Assembly (NCBI GenBank): GCA_035544835.1
Contig: DASZZV010000299.1
Span: forward strand, 1 to 56,435
Length of the DNA stretch: 56,435 bases
Source of the DNA: Thermoanaerobaculia bacterium
Lineage (GTDB): Bacteria > Acidobacteriota > Thermoanaerobaculia > Gp7-AA8
Reading direction: 5' to 3'
The notes under the pieces are model-generated. The model saw only the letters and a list, made by a program, of their open reading frames with translations, made no database searches and was not told the DNA's origin. Each line of letters begins with the position of its first letter. Position 1 is the stretch's first letter. The position numbers and the translations under genes are program-made. Shown here piece by piece: positions 24,282 through 32,091 of the stretch.

Positions 24282-25637
24282 TCAGAAGCTCTTCAGGAAG
24301 GCCTCGTTGGACGGGTACTTCTGCATCTTTTCCAGCAACATCTTCATCGCCGTCATCGGGTCGGTACCGGCTAGAGCGCGTCGAAGCGTGTGAATCTTGG
24401 GCTGCCACTCGAGCGGCAGTAACTTCTCTTCCTTGCGGGTTCCGGTCTGAGCGATGTTGATGGCCGGGAAGATACGGCGCTCGAAGAGTCCCCGGTCGAG
24501 AACGATCTCTGTATTACCCGTGCCCTTGAACTCCTGGAAGATGACCTCGTCCATGCGCGATCCGGTATCGATCAGGGCAGTGGCGATGATGGTCAGCGAG
24601 CTCCAGTCCTCGCCACAACGTGCCGAGCCGAAGAATTTGCGCGGCTTCTCCATCGTCCGTGCGTCGATGCCGCCGGTGAGAATGCGCCCGCTGGAGCGCT
24701 GCTCGTTGTTGTAGGCGCGCGACATTCTCGTGATCGAGTCGCAGAGGATGACGACGTCGTGCTTGAGCTCCACGAGGCGTCGTGCGCGCTCGAGAACGAG
24801 CTCGGCCAGGATGATGTGATTCTCCGCCGTCTCATCCGAAGAGGAGGCGATGACTTCACCCCGCACCGATCGTCGGATGTCGGTGACTTCCTCGGGGCGC
24901 TCGTCGACGAGCAAGACCATCACGATCACCTCGGGATGATTCTTCTCGATTCCGTGGGCGATGTCTTTCAGCAGCGTCGTCTTGCCAGCCTTGGGTGGCG
25001 CTACTACGAGGCAGCGCTGGCCGCGGCCGATGGGAGCGAGAAGATCGAGAACGCGGGTGGAGAGTCTGTCGGGCTCGGTCTCGAGCTTGAAACACTGGAT
25101 GGGATCAATCGAGATCAGCTCAGAGAAAGGACGTCGCGTTTCGCGGAATACCTCGAGAGGCATGTCCTCGACCATTTCGGGATTCACCAGCTCGATGGTG
25201 TTTCCGGCCCTGCGCGCCGGGCCGGACATCTTCAGACCGGCCTGCAGGTGATAACGCTCGATGATGTTTCTCGGCACGATCGGGTTGATCGACTGAGCGA
25301 TGTAGTTGTTGGCGGGGTTTACAAGGAAGCCGGTGCCGTTGGCCTTGATGAAGAGCACGCCACTGGCTTCATCGACGACCTCTGGCAGCGCCGGCTGGTC
25401 GCCGGAAACCGTTCGCGGCGAATCGAAGCGCGGCTCGCCTTCACCTCGGCGCCGGTGTCGTGAACGACGACGACGCGAACGATTCTGGGGCGCGGCTGAG
25501 CCCTGCGCCGTTCGCTCGGGCGGAGGTGGGGCGTCGGAGCCGTTGCCGCCTTGAGGGTTGGGGGTTGCGGCGTTATTTCCGTTGGGGCGACGCCGGCGAC
25601 GCCGACGCTTACGATTTTTAGTTTCTTCTGGTGTCAT
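24282..25637 (-). CDS. rho: transcription termination factor Rho with an atypical Arg-rich N-terminus
   Basis: RGQRCLVVAPPKAGKTTLL, LLVDERPEEVTD, ALIDTGSRMDEVIFQEFKGTGN, and cold-shock-like GVLFIKANGTGFLV. The first ~95 aa are Arg/Pro/Gly/Asn-rich low complexity. Confidence 0.95.
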   Translation of the reverse strand: MTPEETKNRKRRRRRRRPNGNNAATPNPQGGNGSDAPPPPERTAQGSAAPQNRSRRRRSRHRRRGEGEPRFDSPRTVSGDQPALPEVVDEASGVLFIKANGTGFLVNPANNYIAQSINPIVPRNIIERYHLQAGLKMSGPARRAGNTIELVNPEMVEDMPLEVFRETRRPFSELISIDPIQCFKLETEPDRLSTRVLDLLAPIGRGQRCLVVAPPKAGKTTLLKDIAHGIEKNHPEVIVMVLLVDERPEEVTDIRRSVRGEVIASSSDETAENHIILAELVLERARRLVELKHDVVILCDSITRMSRAYNNEQRSSGRILTGGIDARTMEKPRKFFGSARCGEDWSSLTIIATALIDTGSRMDEVIFQEFKGTGNTEIVLDRGLFERRIFPAINIAQTGTRKEEKLLPLEWQPKIHTLRRALAGTDPMTAMKMLLEKMQKYPSNEAFLKSF

Positions 25638-25875
25638 GCGCGGTTCTTGTGTGACCTGCCTCAGATTTGAATATCCGGAATCTGCGACTCTCGGCGGAGT
25701 TCAAAGCTCGAACGCCTGGCGGGAAAGCCGATCGGAGTCTTTGCTCGATTCGTGGCCCGAGGCCGCTGGGCGCCGAAAAATCCGGCGACCCTTTCAATAG
25801 CGGCGGTAGTATACCGGAATCAAACCCGACCGTTGCAAGTAGAAAATTCTGGTCCCATGTCGCCGCCACAAGCGT

Positions 25876-25905
25876 TTGACCGGTGTGTGACTCCTGTGTG
25901 ACAAT
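25876..25905 (+). promoter_or_regulatory. candidate sigma70-type promoter for the 25941 gene
   Basis: TTGACC (25876..25881), an 18-nt spacer containing the direct repeat tgtgtgac-tcc-tgtgtgac, then TG-n-GACAAT (25900..25905). Identified by eye only. Confidence 0.3.
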
Positions 25906-25940
25906 TGGATAACTTTCATCATTCTAAAGACTTCAATCCC

Positions 25941-28823
25941 ATGTCAGACAATATTCTCGTCGTCGAGTACGAACCTCGCTATACGGATCGGGTCAAGCAG
26001 GCTCTCAGTGGCCAGCCTTATGATGCCGTATTCGTGAAGGATGGGGAGGAAGCCCTGTCGACTCTCGACAAGCGGCAGCCACGTCTCATCGTGATGTCCT
26101 CGGTTCTTCCCAGGATCAGTGCTCCGGAGCTCATCAGGCTGATTCGCAATCGGTCGGACTTCAAAGGGACGCCGATCCTGGTCACCGTGTCCGGCTATAA
26201 CGGCAAGAGCACCAAAGCCGACGCCATGAAGCTCGGCGCGTCCGACATTCTGCCGAAGCCTTATTCGGAAGGGGAGTTTCTTGGCAAGGTGAAACAACTG
26301 CTGGGCGGGGCGTCAAACCAGACCGTGCAACTCGATCTTCGTGAGCTTGGCCTGCTCAATCCCAAACCTGCCGCGGCACCTCCCGGCGGTGGGCAAAAGC
26401 TCACTTCTGACGATATTTTTGGAGACATGGTGGACGATAAGAATCCCGCTGCGATCGCTTCGCGTAAATCTGCGAAGGCCTCGCAGGATCTCGACGACAT
26501 GCTCTCGCAGACACTCTCGGGCGTGCGCGCGGTCAAGAAGAAGCCAGAGGACCAGCGGCCAGATGGCCAGGCGGCTCCCACTCCATCAACACCGGCCGTT
26601 CCCAAACCCGCAAAGCCCAGAAGCACCATCGATGACCTTGTTCAAAACACACTTTCAGGACTCGAGAAACAGAACCGGCCGCGGCCTGCCGCGGAAGCTC
26701 CCGTCGCCGCGCCTCCGCCCGCCACGCCTCGTGTAGCTCCGGTGGCCGCCGCACCTCAAGAGGTACCAGCCCGTCCATCTCCAGCTGCGGCACCTCGTCC
26801 TGCTCCAACGCCCCCTCCAACACTCGTCGATGTGCCCCTTCCGCAGAAGGTGACCATCTCGGCTCCGATCATTGTGCCGAGAGTCGAGCCCGAGAAGCAC
26901 GATGAGAAGGAAAAGGAAGATGTCGACGGCATTCGCTTTGGCCAATACGTACTGAAAGAAAAGATCGCGACTGGCGGAATGGCCGAGGTCTGGAAAGCCC
27001 GGATGCGTGGAGTCGAAGGCTTCCAGAAGATGGTGGCGATCAAGAAGATCCTCCCGCATATGTCCGACAACGAGGAATTCGTCACGATGTTCATTGACGA
27101 AGCCAAGCTGGCGGCGCAGCTCAACCACAACAACATCATTCATATTTATGATCTCGGCAAGATCGCCTCCTCGTTCTACATCGCGATGGAGTTCATCGAT
27201 GGCCGGGATCTGAAGGCCATCCTCAAGCGGGGCGAGGATCGCGGCCAGCCCATGACCATCGAGCTGGCCTTGTTCATCACTTCCAAGATCGCCTCGGCTC
27301 TGGACTACGCCCATCGCAAGCGCGACTTCGATGAGAAGGAAATGGGTCTCGTCCACCGCGATGTGTCCCCGCAGAACGTGCTCATCTCCTACGAGGGCGA
27401 CATCAAGCTCTGCGACTTCGGAATCGCCAAAGCTGCCTCGAAGGCCTCGCACACGATTGCCGGTGCCTTAAAGGGAAAGCTTCAGTACATGTCACCGGAG
27501 CAGGCCCGCGGAAAGAACATCGATCGCCGCTCCGATATCTTCGCCCTGGCCGTCGTTCTGTTCGAGATGCTCACCGGGAGGAAGCTCTTCACTGGCGAAA
27601 GCGAGATGTCGATCCTCGAGCAGGTGCGCGAGGGCCAGGTGCAGACGCCTTCGCACATCAACGATGAGGTGACTCCGGAGATCGACCACATCGTTCACAA
27701 GGCTCTGGAGAAGAATGCTGACGACCGCTATCAGACCGCTGGAGAGATGGCGCGGGACCTCGATGCCGTTCTCTATAGCTTCCGCCCCACGCCGACCAGC
27801 GCGGATCTCGCCATTTTCATGCACCGAATTTATGGCGGTGAGGACGAAGTGGTCGCACCCGTCGAGGAAGTAGCCGCGCCACCGGCTCCGGCAGTAGTCG
27901 CGCCGCCGCCACCACAAAAAGTCACGCCGCACGTCGCTGCTGCCGCCCCTGTACACGTGGCGGCTCTGGTCCCGGTTGCAGTTTCTTCTTCTCCCGAACC
28001 GACATTTTCTTTCGGCGTCCCTGCCGAAGAGAAGAAGGCACCCGTGGCCTTGATCGCCATCGGTGTTCTGGTGGCCGCAGCGGTCATTGGCGGCGTGGTG
28101 ATGGCCACCAGGAAGAGCTCACCAGCGTCGCCGGTCAACTCGCCAGCACAGACCGCGTCGATTCCGGCCGCGACGACTTCTGTTGGCAGCACGGCGGCAC
28201 CCGTCGTTCCGACCACCACAGTTACGACCGCGACAACGGGAACGGCGCTCGGGCAGAATGATCAGGCCCTGATCAACGAGGAAGTCAAGAAGCGGCTCGC
28301 TCAGGAGAAGGCGCGTCTCGACCTGCAGAAGGCAACTCAGACCGCAGCACTGGCCAAGCCTCCCGAAACGAGGCCAGCTGCTCCAACCCTACCGACTCCG
28401 GCCCCGGCTACGCAGACCATAGCGGCGCAGCCGACTCCGGCGCCACCTCCACCGGCTGCGACGCAGACAGTGGCGGAAGCGCGGCCTGAACCGGCCGCTC
28501 CAGCCGCAGCCCGTGTCAAAGAAGGCGACCTCGTCGAACAGGGAGCGGAGGGATTGGAACCGCCGCAACTCATCAAGCTCAGCAAGATGCAGTACCCGCC
28601 GATGGCAAAAGCGCAGAAGGTTCAGGGGCTGGTCGTGGTTCGGGCCCTGGTCTCGGAAACGGGAAAGGTGCTCGAGATCAAAGTGCTGCGAGGAGTGGCC
28701 CAAAACGTGGGTATCAATGAGGCCGCGGCCGAAGCTGTGCGTTCCTCAGCGTTTCGTCCAGCCACCAAGGATGGGGTACACGTGAAGTCGTACTACACGA
28801 TGACTATCCCCTTTAAGCTATAA
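25941..28823 (+). CDS. multidomain protein: pseudo-receiver domain, Hanks Ser/Thr kinase, single TM helix, C-terminal TonB_C-like domain
   Basis: REC-like fold with EYE replacing DD and Ser replacing the acceptor Asp (LIVMSSVLP). Kinase motifs GGMAEVWKA, VAIKK, HRDVSPQN, DFG, SPEQ. TM helix VALIAIGVLVAAAVIGGVVMA. C-terminus is TonB_C-like (YPPMAKAQKVQGLVVVRALVSETGKVLEIKVL...FRPATKDG). The start was set at the ATG at 25941. Confidence 0.85.
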   Translation: MSDNILVVEYEPRYTDRVKQALSGQPYDAVFVKDGEEALSTLDKRQPRLIVMSSVLPRISAPELIRLIRNRSDFKGTPILVTVSGYNGKSTKADAMKLGASDILPKPYSEGEFLGKVKQLLGGASNQTVQLDLRELGLLNPKPAAAPPGGGQKLTSDDIFGDMVDDKNPAAIASRKSAKASQDLDDMLSQTLSGVRAVKKKPEDQRPDGQAAPTPSTPAVPKPAKPRSTIDDLVQNTLSGLEKQNRPRPAAEAPVAAPPPATPRVAPVAAAPQEVPARPSPAAAPRPAPTPPPTLVDVPLPQKVTISAPIIVPRVEPEKHDEKEKEDVDGIRFGQYVLKEKIATGGMAEVWKARMRGVEGFQKMVAIKKILPHMSDNEEFVTMFIDEAKLAAQLNHNNIIHIYDLGKIASSFYIAMEFIDGRDLKAILKRGEDRGQPMTIELALFITSKIASALDYAHRKRDFDEKEMGLVHRDVSPQNVLISYEGDIKLCDFGIAKAASKASHTIAGALKGKLQYMSPEQARGKNIDRRSDIFALAVVLFEMLTGRKLFTGESEMSILEQVREGQVQTPSHINDEVTPEIDHIVHKALEKNADDRYQTAGEMARDLDAVLYSFRPTPTSADLAIFMHRIYGGEDEVVAPVEEVAAPPAPAVVAPPPPQKVTPHVAAAAPVHVAALVPVAVSSSPEPTFSFGVPAEEKKAPVALIAIGVLVAAAVIGGVVMATRKSSPASPVNSPAQTASIPAATTSVGSTAAPVVPTTTVTTATTGTALGQNDQALINEEVKKRLAQEKARLDLQKATQTAALAKPPETRPAAPTLPTPAPATQTIAAQPTPAPPPPAATQTVAEARPEPAAPAAARVKEGDLVEQGAEGLEPPQLIKLSKMQYPPMAKAQKVQGLVVVRALVSETGKVLEIKVLRGVAQNVGINEAAAEAVRSSAFRPATKDGVHVKSYYTMTIPFKL

Positions 28824-28888
28824 TCGCCGCCCGTTTCAGCAAAATCAGCAAGATAGAAAAAAAATCGAGAGCAATCGAGGGACTTAAG

Positions 28889-29119
28889 ATGGCGACTTTG
28901 ACCGATAAACAGCGTGAGTTTTATCAGAGCACTCTCGAGGTCACGAGAGCGGAAGTAAATGATTTGAAAGATCTGATCGAGGAAGAGTTGAGCAAGGTCA
29001 AAGAGCGCATCGCCGACCTCACCAATGCCATCAATGCGGCCAAGCAGATGTATGCGGCGGCCTGTAACCGGCTGGGAATCGAGAATGATCTGGCCGAGGA
29101 AGACGACGAGCAGTCGTAA
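28889..29119 (+). CDS. small acidic coiled-coil protein, unknown function
   Basis: 76 aa, with GAGGGA 7 nt upstream of the ATG. The sequence is helical with heptad character and has an acidic tail EEDDEQS. Confidence 0.5.
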   Translation: MATLTDKQREFYQSTLEVTRAEVNDLKDLIEEELSKVKERIADLTNAINAAKQMYAAACNRLGIENDLAEEDDEQS

Positions 29120-29136
29120 CGGGTACCTCTTTCAGC

Positions 29137-30036
29137 GTGCTTAAAAATCTACGACCGACCCTCCCGGGTCGGTTTTTTATTTCGCTTTGCCTCCTCACTC
29201 TTCTGCTTCTGCCGGCATGCCGCCGTCGAGGCAGCGGGTTGAAGGACGACGTCGGGAGAGACGTCGACTTCAGCCCTCCTGCCAGACGAGTGGTCACCAT
29301 CGCCCCGAATGTGACGGAGCTGGCTTTTGCGGTGAAAGCAGGCAATCGCGTTGTCGGCACCGACGATTTCTCGGATTTTCCTGCTGAGGCGGCGAAGCTT
29401 CCGAAGGTCGGAGCTATGGAGCCGAACCTCGAGTCGATTGCCCGGCTCGAACCCGACCTCGTGTTCGCATCGACCTCCGCGAATCGCCCGGGACTTGCCG
29501 AAGCGATGCGCGAGATTCACATACCGCTTTATGTCGTGAAGACGGAGCGTCTATCGCAGATCGCTCCGGCAGCGGCCAGAATTGCCGGAATTCTCGGCGG
29601 CGACGCTTCCATTGCGGCGACCATCGAGAAGGCCATCGCGGCGCAGAAGCGAGTCCGGCCGAAGCCGCCGCGAGTCTTGTTTCTCCTCTGGCCGAATCCG
29701 CTTTACGTGGCAGGTCACGACACTTTCATCGACGACCTCCTCACACTCACCGGCGCAGTCAACGCCGTTCCACCGACGGTGAAGGGATGGCCTCAGTATT
29801 CTCTGGAAGCGCTGATCGCGAATCCGCCCGATCTCATTCTTTTCCCCTCGAAATCTGTGAATCTCGCCACTCTGCAGAAGCAACTGTCGGGCGATTCGCG
29901 AACTGCGACGCTCGAGGTTCTCCACGACGGCCTCATCATCCCGGTCGACGAAAATCGATTCACTCGTCCGGGGCCACGTGTTGCGGAAGCGGCCGCGGAG
30001 CTCAATGCGATACTCGATGGTCTGGAGTTCCGGTGA
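29137..30036 (+). CDS. periplasmic binding lipoprotein of the BtuF/FhuD (cobalamin/iron-siderophore) class
   Basis: Lipobox LLLPAC. RVVTIAPNVTELAFAVKAGNRVVGTDDFSDFP...LPKVG...LEPDLVFAS is typical of Peripla_BP_2 proteins. Confidence 0.8.
   Translation: MLKNLRPTLPGRFFISLCLLTLLLLPACRRRGSGLKDDVGRDVDFSPPARRVVTIAPNVTELAFAVKAGNRVVGTDDFSDFPAEAAKLPKVGAMEPNLESIARLEPDLVFASTSANRPGLAEAMREIHIPLYVVKTERLSQIAPAAARIAGILGGDASIAATIEKAIAAQKRVRPKPPRVLFLLWPNPLYVAGHDTFIDDLLTLTGAVNAVPPTVKGWPQYSLEALIANPPDLILFPSKSVNLATLQKQLSGDSRTATLEVLHDGLIIPVDENRFTRPGPRVAEAAAELNAILDGLEFR
29154..29178 (+). terminator. terminator-like hairpin with T-run lying inside the signal-peptide codons of the binding-protein gene
   Basis: accgaccc-tccc-gggtcggt followed by tttttt, 35 nt after the stop of the small ORF and 17 nt after the GTG at 29137. 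Confidence 0.45.
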
Positions 30037-30038
30037 CG

Positions 30039-31016
30039 ATGGTTCCAGGTAAGACGGAGCTGCGTCGTGGCCTGCTGCTATTGTCGATGGCGCTGATCCT
30101 GTCAATCCTCATTGGTATTTCGGTTGGCGGAACGCGCGTCACGGGAAGCTCCTTCTTCGAAGGCGAGCGAGTCGCACGTCTCATCGTCCTGCAGATTCGA
30201 CTTCCCCGCGTACTGGTTGCCGGATGCGTCGGGGCCATTCTGGCCATGTCCGGTGCGACGTTTCAGACGTTGCTTCGCAATCCGCTCGCCGATCCCTTCG
30301 TGCTGGGAGTATCGGGTGGTGCCGCCTGTGCCGCGGCCATTGCCACGGCACTCGGCTTCGGTCGGATACCGGGGGCGCTCGCGCTGATTGCGTTTGGCGG
30401 TGCGCTAGCCGCAACATTTGTCGTTCTGATGGTTTCCAGACGGCATGGATCTGTTGATTCGGCGCGGCTTCTGCTGGCCGGACTCGTTCTGAACGCCCTG
30501 TTTTCCGCCCTGATTCTGCTGGCCCTGTCGGTGTTGCGAGGGGGAGATCTGACCATGGCGCTTCGGTGGATGATGGGAACTTTCTTCGCCTCGACCGTCG
30601 CAGAAGCGGAGGTTCTGGGGATCGCCCTGACCATCGCCATGGGAGCGTTGTGGTGGATCTCGCGCGACCTGAGACTCCTGAGTTTCGGCGAGGAAGACGC
30701 AAGGGCCAGAGGAGTCAATACCGAGCGCACGAAAGTAATCGCCTTCATCGCGGCCTCGCTGGCCACCGGTGCCGCCGTTTCCGCGGGCGGAATCATCGGC
30801 TTCGTGGGACTTCTCACCCCCCATTTCGTCAGACGCTTCTGGAGCAGCGATTACCGGATCAGCATGCCCCTGGCCGCGCTCGCAGGCGCGGTGCTTCTGA
30901 TCCTGGCCGACGCCCTTTCGCGTGTAGTCGTGGCACCCGCCGAGCTTCCGGTGGGAGCCCTGACGGCGCTTCTCGGAGTGCCTTTTTTCCTCATGCTGGT
31001 GAGGAGATCCGCCTAG
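30039..31016 (+). CDS. FecCD/BtuC-family ABC permease
   Basis: About 9 hydrophobic helices and motifs LPRVLVAG, GVSGGAA, GIIGFVGLLTPH. The start is at ATG 30039 or GTG 30033 (GTGA overlap with the upstream stop). The track's N-terminal extension overlaps the upstream gene. Confidence 0.85.
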   Translation: MVPGKTELRRGLLLLSMALILSILIGISVGGTRVTGSSFFEGERVARLIVLQIRLPRVLVAGCVGAILAMSGATFQTLLRNPLADPFVLGVSGGAACAAAIATALGFGRIPGALALIAFGGALAATFVVLMVSRRHGSVDSARLLLAGLVLNALFSALILLALSVLRGGDLTMALRWMMGTFFASTVAEAEVLGIALTIAMGALWWISRDLRLLSFGEEDARARGVNTERTKVIAFIAASLATGAAVSAGGIIGFVGLLTPHFVRRFWSSDYRISMPLAALAGAVLLILADALSRVVVAPAELPVGALTALLGVPFFLMLVRRSA

Positions 31017-31793
31017 ATGCTCATGAGGCTCGAGGCGGTCGATTTTAGATATGGCGGTGGAACGACGGCGCTTTCGGGGATCGACGTGTCATTCGGCGCG
31101 GGCGAGCTCGTCTGCGTGGCCGGCCGGAACGGCTCAGGAAAGTCGACACTGCTTCGATTGATGAGCCGCATCATCGATCCGACCAGGGGGACGATCTGGT
31201 TCGATGGGGAACCGGTTTCGACGATCGACCGCAGGATGTTCGCGCGCTCGGTCGGCTACCTCGCGCAGAATCCAACCGTTGCCTTTCCGGCGACAGCGCT
31301 GGAGATCGTGCTCTCAGGGAGATCGGCTTACCTGGCCCGATTCGGATGGGAGACTCCGGCTGATCTGGAGCTCGCGCATGCGGCGCTGGCCTCGTGCGAT
31401 GTCGATCGTCTGGCCGGTCGTTACCTCGATGAAATGAGCGGCGGCGAGAAGAAGCGTGTTTTTCTGGCGCGGGTGCTGGTGGGAGCTCCGCGAGTAGTAC
31501 TCCTCGACGAGCCACTCGCAGCCCTCGATTTCGCGCATGTCGAGCAGCTGCTCGGGCTGTTGCGGCGAATCGTCGTGGAGAGGAAGTGCTCGGTCATCTT
31601 CGTGTCTCACGACTTGAGCTGGAGCTCCGCCTGCGCCGACCGGGTTCTGGTTCTCGATGACGGAAAGCTCGTCGGCGATGGCCCGCCGGAGCGAGTTCTC
31701 ACGGTGGAAAATATCGAGAAGCATTTCGGATTCAAAGCGCAGCGGGTTGCGGGAGCCGAGGGACGGCAGTGGATCGTTCCCTACCTTCCTTGA
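31017..31793 (+). CDS. ABC ATP-binding protein (FecE/BtuD-like)
   Basis: Walker A GRNGSGKST, signature MSGGEKKR, Walker B VVLLDEPLAALD, H-loop VSHD. The ATG immediately follows the permease stop. Confidence 0.9.
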   Translation: MLMRLEAVDFRYGGGTTALSGIDVSFGAGELVCVAGRNGSGKSTLLRLMSRIIDPTRGTIWFDGEPVSTIDRRMFARSVGYLAQNPTVAFPATALEIVLSGRSAYLARFGWETPADLELAHAALASCDVDRLAGRYLDEMSGGEKKRVFLARVLVGAPRVVLLDEPLAALDFAHVEQLLGLLRRIVVERKCSVIFVSHDLSWSSACADRVLVLDDGKLVGDGPPERVLTVENIEKHFGFKAQRVAGAEGRQWIVPYLP

Positions 31794-31812
31794 TGTAGCC
31801 TTCTTCAGGGCT

Positions 31813-31947
31813 GGCGTAGGGCCGCACGGCGTGCGGCCGATACCTTCCTGCACCGGGTCCAAGGTTCGATGTGGACCGCCGAGCGACTGCCTTATTCATT
31901 TGTGATCCGCGACGGGATACCGGCCGCACGCCGTGCGGCCCTACGCC
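31813..31947. repeat. hairpin-of-hairpins palindrome, family E
   Basis: ggcgtagggccgcacggcgtgcggccg (31813..) and cggccgcacgccgtgcggccctacgcc (31921..31947) are perfectly complementary over 27 nt. Each arm contains its own palindrome ggccgcac/gtgcggcc. Confidence 0.85.
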
Positions 31948-32059
31948 GATCGAGACACGCACACGGACAACGGACCACCACCAACCAGAACAGACGAAAC
32001 GTGGCACGGACCAACGGGATCCAGACACTCACAACGAACCTAGGACATCGTGTTCGCTT

Positions 32060-32068
32060 TGTTATACT
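32060..32068 (+). promoter_or_regulatory. candidate extended -10 element (TGtTATACT) for rel
   Basis: TG at 32060-61 and TATACT at 32063..32068, 24 nt upstream of the ATG at 32092. The -35 is weak. Identified by eye only. Confidence 0.3.
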
Positions 32069-32091
32069 CGCGACCTGCCGGGAGCGCGGCG

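Noticed and set aside
28824-29136. Cobalamin riboswitch upstream of the BtuFCD-like importer.
   Set aside because: The region is short and A-rich and is mostly occupied by a 76-aa ORF. I see no B12-box-like GCCACT core or the expected multi-stem structure. A covariance-model scan would be needed for certainty.
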